From NCBI GenBank assembly GCA_004297205.1, contig SCUL01000002.1, positions 786,893 through 850,892 of the forward strand: a DNA stretch of 64,000 nt, read 5' to 3'. Positions 25,684 to 34,675 of the stretch are shown one piece after another. Made by a program: the position numbers and the translations under genes. Origin of the DNA: Patescibacteria group bacterium (GTDB lineage: Bacteria > Patescibacteriota > Patescibacteriia > 2-12-FULL-57-11). Below the pieces are notes generated by a model that saw only the letters and a list, made by a program, of their open reading frames with translations, searched no databases and had not been told where the DNA came from. Each line of letters starts with the position of its first letter. Position 1 is the first letter of the stretch.

Positions 25684-27807
25684 TTACGTGGGAATCCGCA
25701 GTACCAGGTGGGGACGCTCCGAGGTATTTTTGAGCCGCTCGGAGTTGGTTTTTGCGCTGCGGTTGGGGTCGCCTTTGAGTTCGGCCAGGATTTTTTCGAT
25801 GCCCTCGGTGCCGACGCGCTCCTGCTGGCCCAGCACGAATTCTTCGGCTGAGGAGGGAACGATGACAATCTGGTCGCCGGCCTGGACGCCGATATCGACG
25901 GCGGCATTGGCCTGCTGACTGACTGTCCGCTTGGTGGTGGAGAGGATGCGCTGCGCTTCCTTGTCTTCCTGATTGACCTCCAGATCCTCCGAAGTTTTTC
26001 CGGCTTTCGCGCCGGTATCCACCTTCGTGACTTTGCCGTCGCGGCCGACCTTGAGGACGGTCAGGGCTTCACCGGGCTTGCCGCGGAGCATCAGACGGCG
26101 GGCCTGGAGCAGTTCGGTGGCCTGCTTCGACTCAATGACGCCCAGGTTCTTCAACCGTTGCACGACCACGAACCGGCCCTCGCGCGACAAGCCCGTGAAG
26201 CGCGGGTCCTTCAGGAGCGCCATAGGATTCTCCTCAGCCCGCTTCATTTCGTAGGTCAGGTCGTCGGCCGTCTTGCTTTCCCCCTCGGAGAGCGACGGTT
26301 CGATCAGACGGTCGGCTTTTTCCGGGTCCTTGGGGGCGGCCGATTCGAAGCTGCGCAGCAGCAATTCCAGATTCGTCTCCGGCGGGTACGACAGCGCCTG
26401 GTAGAGCGCCAGTCGCTCCGCGGGGGATTCCAACAGTCGCTGGACCGACGGGGAGTTCAGGAACGTCATAGCTGCCTGGGTGGCGGCGTTTCGTTCCGTA
26501 GCGGTCTTGGGGTCCCGGATTTTTTTGAAGAAGGAGTTGAGTTTTTCCGCGCTGCCCTTGACCGCGGCCGCCGCCTCGGGGGAGAGTTCGGGCGCGGAAA
26601 AATTCTTGGCCGTTTCCGGCGTCAGCATGATTTCCACTTTCAGCCGTTCGAGGAGGATAGGCAGTGTTTCCGTGGCGAGCTTGGCGAGTTCTGGATCGTT
26701 TTTCAGTTCGCGGTAGGTTTCCTCGAACTGTTCGTCCGTTTGCGTCAACCGGGCCTGCCGTGTTTCTTCCAGCTTGCGGGCCAAGATCTTGGCGACTTCC
26801 ATGTTGTTCATCAGCTGCTGATGTTCCGGACCGACCGCAGTCAGCGCCTCTTGCGCCTCGTACACCTTGCTGATGTAGGCGCGTTGCTCCGGATTGAGCG
26901 ATTCATCGCCGTCGAGATCGGATTTCGTCGGCCACTTGATGAGCGGATCGCCGCCCAACCAATTTTTGACTTCGGCGCGGATGGCGTCGTATTTGGTTTT
27001 GGCGTCCTCAACGTTCTGTGTGGAGGCGCGTTCCTGCTCTTCCAATCCGCGCGTGCCTTTGTTCACGAGTTCCCCGATCACGGCTTTCAGTTCGGCCTTG
27101 GATTTGTCATCGCCGTAGAATTCCTGCGGCGTGATCTCCTCGTTAAACACCTGGCCGACGACGAAAGGGGGGACTTCGATGGCCGAGGCCTTGTCGCCGC
27201 GCGCCAGCTTGTGGGCGTTCTCGCGGACCACGGCGTCGAGCGCGCCGCGTGAAGCCGCGGACATGAGCCGCGTGTCGATCGACGAGGCGCGGGCGCGGGA
27301 CGTTTCCCCGTGGGCCAGGCTGACCGCCTTCTGCTCCGGCCCCGAAGATTCCTTCAAGCGTTCCAATGCGGAGTCAACGATGCCTTCGACGGCCGTCGGT
27401 TCGGCGTTTTCCCCGGCGACGAAAATGAAGGTCCCACTGTCCGGGTTGACGTCCAGGCCGGCCTTCCCGCGTTTGCCGGCCACATTGCTGGCGGCTTCGA
27501 ACACCGGACCTTTCGGTTCCTGCTCACGTACGGTTTCGGGAGCCGTGGGGGCGATCTCGGGCTTGGCGCCGGGGCGGGAGGTCCGTTTCCGTTCCACGTC
27601 GGATTCCGCCGGCTGTTCGGCAACGTCGATCTCCTTCAAGCTGCTGTCCGCCAGATAGGTCTGCCCGGTCACGTCGATGCGCGGCGGCGGGGGCGGTACG
27701 TAGTCCTTCGGAACCGCCCTTTCCGGGGGCACGGGCGGTACGGGAGATTCGCGGCGCAGCGGCCGCTTCGTCGAACCGCCTTTTTCCGTCATGGTTCCGC
27801 GTTCCAT
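25684..27807 (-). CDS. large hypothetical protein with a Pro-rich N-terminus and a long charged helical body; paralog of 23368..25146
   Basis: ~708 aa; start uncertain (ATGs at 27807 and 27792; the track ORF extends to 27894 and would overlap miaA). Confidence 0.55.
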   Translation of the reverse strand: MERGTMTEKGGSTKRPLRRESPVPPVPPERAVPKDYVPPPPPRIDVTGQTYLADSSLKEIDVAEQPAESDVERKRTSRPGAKPEIAPTAPETVREQEPKGPVFEAASNVAGKRGKAGLDVNPDSGTFIFVAGENAEPTAVEGIVDSALERLKESSGPEQKAVSLAHGETSRARASSIDTRLMSAASRGALDAVVRENAHKLARGDKASAIEVPPFVVGQVFNEEITPQEFYGDDKSKAELKAVIGELVNKGTRGLEEQERASTQNVEDAKTKYDAIRAEVKNWLGGDPLIKWPTKSDLDGDESLNPEQRAYISKVYEAQEALTAVGPEHQQLMNNMEVAKILARKLEETRQARLTQTDEQFEETYRELKNDPELAKLATETLPILLERLKVEIMLTPETAKNFSAPELSPEAAAAVKGSAEKLNSFFKKIRDPKTATERNAATQAAMTFLNSPSVQRLLESPAERLALYQALSYPPETNLELLLRSFESAAPKDPEKADRLIEPSLSEGESKTADDLTYEMKRAEENPMALLKDPRFTGLSREGRFVVVQRLKNLGVIESKQATELLQARRLMLRGKPGEALTVLKVGRDGKVTKVDTGAKAGKTSEDLEVNQEDKEAQRILSTTKRTVSQQANAAVDIGVQAGDQIVIVPSSAEEFVLGQQERVGTEGIEKILAELKGDPNRSAKTNSERLKNTSERPHLVLRIPT

Positions 27808-27856
27808 AGGATCGCAGCCATTGTAGCCAATGGGGCTCATCAGGTATAGAGGAGGC

Positions 27857-28753
27857 ATGGCCGCGGAACAACTGATCGCCGTCGTCGGCCCCACCGCCTC
27901 CGGAAAGACCGCGCTTGCGGTCCGCTTGGCGCTGGCATTCGACGGCGAACTCGTGTCCGCGGATTCCCGCCAGGTCTACCACGGCATGGACATCGGCACC
28001 GGCAAGGAGCGCGATCCGCTGCCCGGGCCGGACGGCGTTCCAACGCTTCTCGGCGTGCCGCAGCACTTGATCGACCTCGTGGAGTCGGATGAAGCGTTCT
28101 CGCTGGCCGACTGGCAGAAGCGCGCCTTCGCCGTCATCGCAGACGTCCTCGGGCGCGGCAAGCTGCCGATCCTCGTCGGCGGGACCGGGCTTTATGTGAA
28201 AGCCGTGGTCGATGCCCTCGATTTGCCGGACGCGCCGCCGGATCTGGGGCTGCGACGCCGCCTCGAAGGGAAAACGTCGTCCGAGTTGCTCTGGGAGCTG
28301 CGCGACCTTGATCCGGACAAAGCCAAGACCATCGACCGTTTCAACAAGCGGCGGCTGATTCGCGCCATCGAGATCGCCCGGGCCGCCGTGGCGGGGGAGG
28401 AGCATGCCGTCGGCAAGGAGTGGCCGCACTACGACGTGTTGCAGATCGGCATCGACCTGCCGCGGGAGGAGTTGTACCGCCGGATCGATGCCCGCGTTGA
28501 CGAACAGATGGCGCGCGGCCTGGCCGGCGAGGTGGCCGGTCTCGTGAAGCGTTACGGGAAAGAATTGCCGGCGCTCTCCGGCATCGGCTATCAGGAGCTG
28601 GTGGACTCGGCGCCGGACGCGGTGCAGCGCATCAAATTCGACACCCATGCCTACGCCCGCCGCCAGATGACCTGGTTCCGCAAGGACAAGCGCATCCATT
28701 GGGTCGCCGACCAGGAAGAGGCCGTGGCATTGGCCCAAGTATTTTTGGCGTAG
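27857..28753 (+). CDS. miaA: tRNA dimethylallyltransferase
   Basis: P-loop VVGPTASGKTALAVRLA, DSRQVYHGMDIGTGK motif; start at the ATG after SD AGAGGAGG. Confidence 0.85.
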   Translation: MAAEQLIAVVGPTASGKTALAVRLALAFDGELVSADSRQVYHGMDIGTGKERDPLPGPDGVPTLLGVPQHLIDLVESDEAFSLADWQKRAFAVIADVLGRGKLPILVGGTGLYVKAVVDALDLPDAPPDLGLRRRLEGKTSSELLWELRDLDPDKAKTIDRFNKRRLIRAIEIARAAVAGEEHAVGKEWPHYDVLQIGIDLPREELYRRIDARVDEQMARGLAGEVAGLVKRYGKELPALSGIGYQELVDSAPDAVQRIKFDTHAYARRQMTWFRKDKRIHWVADQEEAVALAQVFLA

Positions 28754-28774
28754 TGGCGCAGCATGCTGCGCCAC
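28753..28774 (+). terminator. perfect 22-bp palindrome GTGGCGCAGCATGCTGCGCCAC immediately after the miaA stop
   Basis: 10-bp stem with a 2-nt loop; no strong U-run (common in high-GC genomes). Confidence 0.45.
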
Positions 28775-28781
28775 TACAAGC

Positions 28782-28810
28782 TTGACACGCAGGCGCGGCG
28801 CAGGTATCTT
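28782..28810 (+). promoter_or_regulatory. sigma70-like promoter TTGACA-N17-TATCTT upstream of the gene at 28838
   Basis: Hexamers and spacing read directly; followed by SD GGAGGA and the ATG. Confidence 0.5.
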
Positions 28811-28837
28811 GGCACGGCTGTCCACGGAGGAAACGAG

Positions 28838-29239
28838 ATGGCAGAGTCGATCGAGATCGAGAAGGGCCGCACCCCGCGCAACCGCGATCGGACGTCGGTC
28901 CTGCAGCGGAAGGTGGAGCGCAAGGCCGCCCGGGACAAGGTCCTGAGCGACGCGCTGCACAGCCGGATCACCGGCGTGCTCGAGCGGCTCGTCGGCCGCG
29001 GGGACATCAAGTGGTTCGTCGAGCTGGGCAAGCGCCCCGCCGATCCGCGGGTCACGGTCACGTTCCGCATCGGGCGGAAGGGCACGGTGAAGCCGATCGA
29101 GCGCGACTTCGTGGTCGCGACCGACATGCACATGGCGCGCATCGTGCTGATGGAGATCCGCTGCGCGGTGATCTCCGTCCCGCCCGAGATGCGCGACGAG
29201 CGCATCGCCGAGCGCATCCTCGCGCTCTTCAAGAACTGA
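28838..29239 (+). CDS. hypothetical protein
   Basis: 133 aa from the ATG with SD GGAGGAAACGAG; basic N-terminus; no motif recognised. Confidence 0.45.
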   Translation: MAESIEIEKGRTPRNRDRTSVLQRKVERKAARDKVLSDALHSRITGVLERLVGRGDIKWFVELGKRPADPRVTVTFRIGRKGTVKPIERDFVVATDMHMARIVLMEIRCAVISVPPEMRDERIAERILALFKN

Positions 29240-29282
29240 CCCCGCCGGGGCGGGGTCATCCTGAGCGATCCCGCTGAGCGGG

Positions 29283-29315
29283 AAAGTCGAAGGATCCAAA
29301 AAGGACCCACGCGGG
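29283..29315. terminator. hairpin AGGACCC-acgcg-GGGTCCT followed by CTCTTTTTTAT, between convergent genes
   Basis: Preceded by CCAAAAAGG, so functional in both directions (for gatB on the other strand). Confidence 0.55.
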
Positions 29316-29327
29316 GTCCTCTCTTTT

Positions 29328-30875
29328 TTATCCGGCCAATTCTTCGGCGAACAGTTTCTCCGTGGTCGTGGGATGGGCGCGGCCCTCGGTGGCTTTCATG
29401 GCCATGCCCACCAGCATTTTCAGCACCTGGGTTTTGCCGGCGCGGTATTGCGCGGCCGCGTCGGGGTTCTTGGCGATGATGTCGCGCACCACGGGGCGCA
29501 GCTCCTCCGGTTCGACGATTTGTCCGAGTCCGCGGTCCTCCATGATGTGGCTGGGATCTTTTCCGGTCTCCAGCATCTCGGCCAGGATGGCCTGTGCGGC
29601 GGTCGAGTTCACCTTCTGCGCCCAGATGAGCGAGAGGAATTCGGCGAAGTCCTCGGGGGAAATCTTCAGTTCGCCCCAGGCCAGGTTGCGTTCGGCCATC
29701 AGTCCGCCGAGCTTCGAGAGCAGCCAGCCGGACAGGAGCTTGGCGAGTTTTTCCTTGTGCTTTTCCCAAACTTCGGCGGCGCTGCCTTCGATTTCCGGCA
29801 GGGAAGAGAGCCAATCACCGAGTTCGGAGGCGACCTGTTCGACGTACGTCGCCAAGTCCGGCTCGGCCGCCATCTGGCGGGCGTCCGCGGGGGCGAATCC
29901 GTATTCGTCCATGAAACGGCGGCGCTTGGCGGCCGGAAGTTCCGGCAGCCCGCCTTCCCGTTTCACGATGTCAGCAAGCAAGAGCGGCGGCAGGTCCGGC
30001 TCCGGGAAGTACCGGTAATCGGCTTCGCCCTCTTTGGTACGCTGCGGCTCGGTCACGCCTTTGGCGTCGTTCCAGCCGCGCGTCTCGCGCAACGCAGGCG
30101 GCGTTCCTTCTTCAAAGAGCTTCGTCTGGCGCTGGATCTCGTACTCGAGCGCGCGCTCCACGGCGCGGAACGAGTTCAGGTTCTTGATTTCGGTCTTCGG
30201 GTTGAGCGTCAGGTCGATGATCGAGCCGTCGTCGTTGCTGCGGCGCAGGGAAATGTTGGCGTCGCAGCGCATGTGGCCGCGCTCCATGTCGGCGTCGGAC
30301 ACCTCGAGCGTGCGCAGGATGGCGCGGAATTCCTGGAGGAAGGCTTTTGCTTCGGCCGGGGAACGCAGGTCCGGCTTGGTAACGGTTTCAAGCAGTGGTG
30401 TGCCGGCGCGGTTGTAGTCCACGAGCGTCGCGCCTGCGGCATCGAGACCCGCGCGGTCGCCGGCGTGTACGTTTTTGGCGGCGTCCTCCTCGAGGTGGGC
30501 TCGTTCAATGCCGATCTCGGCCGAAGCGCGTCCAGCGCCGGCGGGAAAATCAATCGCGAGTTTTCCGTCGCGGCAGATCGGTTCGTCGTATTGCGAAATC
30601 TGATAGCCCTTCGGCAGGTCCGGGTAGAAGTAATGTTTGCGGTCGAACTTGGCCTGGTCGGGAATCGCGCAGCCGAGCGCGAGGCCGGCTTTGACGCCGA
30701 GGCGGACGGCCTGCGCGTTGGCAACAGGCAAGGTGCCCGGATGGCCCATGCAGATCGGACAGATGGCGGTGTTCGGCGCGGCGTCCTCGCCCGGGATCGG
30801 GCAGGCGCAGAACATTTTGCTCTTCGTGGCGAGCTGGACGTGGATTTCCAGTCCGATCACCGGCTCGTAGCGCAT
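29328..30875 (-). CDS. gatB: aspartyl/glutamyl-tRNA(Asn/Gln) amidotransferase subunit B
   Basis: 515 aa; canonical GatB N-terminus MRYEPVIGLEIHVQLATKSKMFCAC. Confidence 0.9.
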   Translation of the reverse strand: MRYEPVIGLEIHVQLATKSKMFCACPIPGEDAAPNTAICPICMGHPGTLPVANAQAVRLGVKAGLALGCAIPDQAKFDRKHYFYPDLPKGYQISQYDEPICRDGKLAIDFPAGAGRASAEIGIERAHLEEDAAKNVHAGDRAGLDAAGATLVDYNRAGTPLLETVTKPDLRSPAEAKAFLQEFRAILRTLEVSDADMERGHMRCDANISLRRSNDDGSIIDLTLNPKTEIKNLNSFRAVERALEYEIQRQTKLFEEGTPPALRETRGWNDAKGVTEPQRTKEGEADYRYFPEPDLPPLLLADIVKREGGLPELPAAKRRRFMDEYGFAPADARQMAAEPDLATYVEQVASELGDWLSSLPEIEGSAAEVWEKHKEKLAKLLSGWLLSKLGGLMAERNLAWGELKISPEDFAEFLSLIWAQKVNSTAAQAILAEMLETGKDPSHIMEDRGLGQIVEPEELRPVVRDIIAKNPDAAAQYRAGKTQVLKMLVGMAMKATEGRAHPTTTEKLFAEELAG

Positions 30876-30876
30876 A

Positions 30877-31638
30877 TTAGGCGCGCGGACCGGACTCGGC
30901 CTTGAGGTTCAGGTAGAGGAGTGTGGTCACGGCCAGGAAGAACGGCGCCATCAGCGCGCCCACGGCGTCGGTGGCGATGCCGGCCGCGATCGTCAGCCAG
31001 AGCGGGGCATCCGCGGCGAGGCGCACGGTAAAGCTGCCGGCCGCGCCGTTCAGGAGGAAGACCACGAGCGCGGTCAGCACCCAGGTCACGAGCAGCCAGA
31101 AGACGTAGGGCGCGACCAGCCGCCAGAAGACCGGACCGAAGCGGCCGGTGACGAGCGATTTGCTCATCCCGAAGGCGCTGATCCAGCTGGCGCGGTCCAG
31201 GACGATGGCCTGCAGGATGAAGGCGAACCACACGGCCATGATGATCATGGGGACGACCAGCACTACGAGCCCGGCCAGCAACAGGATGCCGAGCGCGAGC
31301 GAGGCCAGGAAGACCGGGATTGCCAGCGGCAGTGCCGCGGCGAGCAGCGCGCCCAGCGGCGGCACCGGTTCTCCGGTGATCCCCGCAGCCACGGCGCGCG
31401 TCAGCGCGATCGTCTGGAGGATGGAAAGCACGACGAGCGGCAGGTAGACGGCAGCCGCGAGGACCATTTCATGCCACTGACCGAGACCGAGGTTTTGCCC
31501 GCGCAACATCTCAAAGGCCACGGTTCCGGCGATCGAGGGCACCAGGAAAATGCCGACGATCGGCAAAAAACGTCCGAGGTTGCGGCGGACGACTTCCCAG
31601 GAGCGGTCGATGATGTCTGCAGCGCCGAGCAAGGCCAT
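30877..31638 (-). CDS. hypothetical polytopic membrane protein
   Basis: 253 aa with ~6 TM helices; its stop abuts the gatB start. Confidence 0.55.
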   Translation of the reverse strand: MALLGAADIIDRSWEVVRRNLGRFLPIVGIFLVPSIAGTVAFEMLRGQNLGLGQWHEMVLAAAVYLPLVVLSILQTIALTRAVAAGITGEPVPPLGALLAAALPLAIPVFLASLALGILLLAGLVVLVVPMIIMAVWFAFILQAIVLDRASWISAFGMSKSLVTGRFGPVFWRLVAPYVFWLLVTWVLTALVVFLLNGAAGSFTVRLAADAPLWLTIAAGIATDAVGALMAPFFLAVTTLLYLNLKAESGPRA

Positions 31639-31641
31639 AGG

Positions 31642-32358
31642 TTATGTCAGAAACGATGTCACGAGTGCCACGGAAGCGGCGCGCACCGCCGCCATGTCCG
31701 GTTCGGTGGAAAGCTCCGCAATGCGCGTGCCCCCGGCCGTAAAGACTTCCCGGAACCAGGCGGCGGCATAGCGTTCGGCCAGGGCCTCCAAATCGGCCCG
31801 CCGTTCAAAGCGCGAATCGTCATGTTTGCCGGCGCGCGCGGCCAGCCGGGAGAGCGCCGTATCCACGGACAGTGTAGCAAGGACGAGCAGGTCCGGGGAG
31901 TGCTCGAGCGCAAGCGCATTTCCGGGGATCGCCAGCACCTCTTCCAGGGAAACGTCCTCGCGGCCCGCTTGGTAGGCGATGGAGGAAGAGACGCCGCGGT
32001 CTTGGATCACGATCTTGCCGGCAGCGCGGGACGGGAGGACCACTTTCCGGTAATGGATTTCCCGGTCGAGCCCGAAGGCCTGGGCCGTGCTGCGGTTGCT
32101 GAAGGCGCTGTCGGTGCGGATGATCTCGGCGCGGATCGCTTTGCCGACCCAGACCGTGGACGGCTCGGCGGTGCAGACCACGTCGGCCGCGGCGATCTCC
32201 TCGGATGTCGGGTAGTCGCCGCGTTCCCGCCAGATGGACGGCACGTCGAGGACGCGCTTGCCGCCCGCGCTGAAAAAATCGCGCAGGGCGTCGCGGATCG
32301 TGCTTTTGCCCGAGCCGTCGATGCCGTCGATGATGACGTGGAATCCTTTAGCCGGCAT
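31642..32358 (-). CDS. tmk: thymidylate kinase
   Basis: HVIIDGIDGSGKST P-loop, Tmk DRY/lid-like regions; start placed at ATG MPAKGFH (the track ORF extends upstream into dut). Confidence 0.75.
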   Translation of the reverse strand: MPAKGFHVIIDGIDGSGKSTIRDALRDFFSAGGKRVLDVPSIWRERGDYPTSEEIAAADVVCTAEPSTVWVGKAIRAEIIRTDSAFSNRSTAQAFGLDREIHYRKVVLPSRAAGKIVIQDRGVSSSIAYQAGREDVSLEEVLAIPGNALALEHSPDLLVLATLSVDTALSRLAARAGKHDDSRFERRADLEALAERYAAAWFREVFTAGGTRIAELSTEPDMAAVRAASVALVTSFLT

Positions 32359-32782
32359 AGCCTCCGGTGGTGCCGAATCCGCCGCGACTCGCGCCGTCCA
32401 TGCGGTCGACTTCATCCCATTCGGCGCGGCCGATGGCCACGAAGATGGCTTGGCCGACGCGCTCCCCGCGTTCGACCGTGGTCGGTGCGGGCGTGAAATT
32501 CACGACTTGCAGTTTCAGTTCGTCCTCCGGGCCACAGTAATCCTGGTCGATGATGCCGAGCGGCAGGATCAATCCTTTCTTGCGCGCCGCGGAGGAACGT
32601 GAGGAGAGCAGCAGCGCGTAGCCTTCCGGGATTTTGACGACGACGTTCACGGGCAGGAGCGCAAAGGAGTGCGGCGCGATCGTGGTCGTCTCCCGCGTCA
32701 CCAAATCAAACGCCACGGCGCCCGCGGTTTCGTAGCGGGGGAGCGGCAGCGTCTTATCGATCCTTGAGACTCGGACCTGCAT
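32348..32782 (-). CDS. dut: dUTP diphosphatase
   Basis: All five dUTPase motifs: GAVAFDL, SRSSAARKKGL, GIIDQDYCG, GERVGQAIF, SRGGFGTTGGY. Confidence 0.8.
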   Translation of the reverse strand: MQVRVSRIDKTLPLPRYETAGAVAFDLVTRETTTIAPHSFALLPVNVVVKIPEGYALLLSSRSSAARKKGLILPLGIIDQDYCGPEDELKLQVVNFTPAPTTVERGERVGQAIFVAIGRAEWDEVDRMDGASRGGFGTTGGYAG

Positions 32783-33332
32783 ACCCGAACGCGGCCACCG
32801 CTTTCTCCACCTGGGCGTGCAGTTCCTCGAACGTGCCGTTGTTATCGACGGTGATCTCGGCTTCGCGGGCCACCTCGGCGATGGAGGTCTCGGTCGGCGC
32901 CTGTTCTTCCGTCATGAACTGCTCGAACGTCATGTCGGCCTCGCCGACTTTTTCGGCGCGCTTCACGGAGCGTTCCCAGCGCAGCTTGGCGTCGGCGGTC
33001 ACGTAGAGCAGGTGGAAACCGGAGATTTTGCGGAGCTCTTCGATGTCGGCGACGCGCCGGATGCCGTCGACGACGACGAGCGGCGACGTGTCCTTGGCCA
33101 CGTCCTCCGCCATGACGCGCGCGAACAGCGGTTCGCCGAAGGCGGCGCGCAGGTTCACGGAAATCTTGATGTAGTTCTCGCGCGTCAGCGGGATGTGGAG
33201 ACGCGTCAGCACGTCTTTGAGGATGCCGCCGAAGGAGTAGCAGCGCGCGCCGTGTTTCTCGATGAGGTGCTTGGCGATGGTGCCTTTGCCGCCGGCTTTT
33301 TCGCCGACGAGTCCGAGGATGAGGGTGGGCAT
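32754..33332 (-). CDS. phage-T4-gp1-like deoxynucleoside monophosphate kinase (P-loop)
   Basis: GLVGEKAGGKGTIAKHLI...FGGILKDVL, DGIRRV, ...PTETSIAEVAREAEITVDNNGTFEELHAQV; pattern resembles T4 dNMP kinase (SGVKRSGKDT...GPIKDAL...DTRQ...THITE...ITNDGSLEELF) by eye. Confidence 0.6.
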   Translation of the reverse strand: MPTLILGLVGEKAGGKGTIAKHLIEKHGARCYSFGGILKDVLTRLHIPLTRENYIKISVNLRAAFGEPLFARVMAEDVAKDTSPLVVVDGIRRVADIEELRKISGFHLLYVTADAKLRWERSVKRAEKVGEADMTFEQFMTEEQAPTETSIAEVAREAEITVDNNGTFEELHAQVEKAVAAFGYAGPSLKDR

Positions 33333-33333
33333 G

Positions 33334-33804
33334 TCAGGGTGTTTGGGGATGTTGGCGGAGAAGGACGCCCGCTTCGCGCATCAGTCCGCTGGCCGTCGCG
33401 GCCAGCGGGTATTCAGCCGTGTAGATGACTTCTTTGATGCCGGCGTTGATGATCATCTTCGCGCACAGCAGGCAGGGGGAGAAGGTGGAGTAGAGCACCG
33501 CGTCTTTGAGCGAGATGCCGTGGTAGGCGGCCTGGACGATGGCGTTCTCCTCGCCGTGCGAGCAGGTGCACTCCTCGAGTTTCGTCCCCGCCGACGCGTC
33601 GGTCCGCACCGCGCAGCGCGGGCAGCCGCCCTCGAAGCAGTTCTTGGTGTTGCGCGGCGTGCCGTTGTAGCCGGTCGAGATGATCCGCCGGTCGCGGACG
33701 ACAATGGCGGCCACCTGCCGCGTCAGGCAGTTGCTGCGGCGCGCCACTTCGCCCGCGATGTTCATGAAATAGTCGTCCCAGCCGGGACGCGCCGCATGGT
33801 CCAT
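33334..33804 (-). CDS. dCMP deaminase (cytidine/deoxycytidylate deaminase family)
   Basis: WDDYFM N-terminus, zinc ligands SHGEENAI and PCLLCAKMI. Confidence 0.75.
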   Translation of the reverse strand: MDHAARPGWDDYFMNIAGEVARRSNCLTRQVAAIVVRDRRIISTGYNGTPRNTKNCFEGGCPRCAVRTDASAGTKLEECTCSHGEENAIVQAAYHGISLKDAVLYSTFSPCLLCAKMIINAGIKEVIYTAEYPLAATASGLMREAGVLLRQHPQTP

Positions 33805-33870
33805 AGGTCCGAAATATCGTCCGCACCGTACCAAAAACCCGCCGGATGCGTCCAGCGGGTTTTTGCTTGA

Positions 33871-34554
33871 TTATGCGTAGGAGACTTTGATGCCCGGGCC
33901 CATCGTCGCGGCCGCCACCACCAGGAGGAGGTAGACGCCTTTGCTCGAGGGGGGCTTGAGGCGCTTCAGCGCTTCGATCGCGGCGCCGGCGTTCTCCAGG
34001 AGCTGCGCTTCGGAGAACGAGGCCTTGCCGATCGCGAAGTGGACGTTGCCGCCGTCGTCCGTCTTGAAGGCGAGTTTCCCCTTCTTGAGTTCGCCGACCA
34101 TTTTCTTGACGTCGGTGCCGACCGTTTCGGTTTTGGGGTTCGGCATGAGTCCCTTCGGACCGAGAATCTTCGCCACCTTGGCGAGCTTCGGCATCATGTC
34201 GGGCGTGGCCACGGCGATGTCGAAGTCGATTTTTCCGGTCTTGGCGATCTCGTCGATCAGCTCTTCGCCGCCGACGACGTCCGCGCCCGCTTCCTTGGCT
34301 TCCTTTTCTTTGGCGGACGAGACGATGGCCATGACCTTTTTGGACTTGCCGCCCGTGCCGTGCGGCAGGGACAGCGTGCCGCGGACCTGCTGCTCGCCCT
34401 TCTTGGGGTCGATGCCGAGGCGCACGTGCAGCTCGATCGTGGCGTCGAACTTGGTGTTGGCCGTCTTTTTGACGAGCGCGAAGGCCTCTTCTGGGGAGTA
34501 GGTTTTCTTTGGATCGATGAGCTTCTTGGCCTCCTGATAGCGCTTGCTGCGCAT
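33871..34554 (-). CDS. rplA: 50S ribosomal protein L1
   Basis: MRSKRYQEAKKLIDPKKTY...VRGTLSLPHGTGG...GPKGLMPNPK..., collinear with bacterial L1. Confidence 0.9.
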   Translation of the reverse strand: MRSKRYQEAKKLIDPKKTYSPEEAFALVKKTANTKFDATIELHVRLGIDPKKGEQQVRGTLSLPHGTGGKSKKVMAIVSSAKEKEAKEAGADVVGGEELIDEIAKTGKIDFDIAVATPDMMPKLAKVAKILGPKGLMPNPKTETVGTDVKKMVGELKKGKLAFKTDDGGNVHFAIGKASFSEAQLLENAGAAIEALKRLKPPSSKGVYLLLVVAAATMGPGIKVSYA

Positions 34555-34638
34555 AGTCTTGCTGTTACGTGGTTCAAGTGGCCCTGAGGCCTCCCACATG
34601 TGAATACGGCGGGACTCTACCGGGGGGAACCGGAAAAG

Positions 34639-34667
34639 GCAAGACCCCCGCACTGGCGGGGGTCTTG
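34639..34667 (-). promoter_or_regulatory. GC-rich hairpin CAAGACCCCCGC-actg-GCGGGGGTCTTG between the inserted gene and rplA; terminator and/or possible L1 autoregulatory structure
   Basis: 12-bp perfect stem; on the minus-strand transcript it is followed by CCTTTTCC and lies ~85 nt upstream of the rplA start. Confidence 0.4.
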
Positions 34668-34675
34668 GCGGTTCG

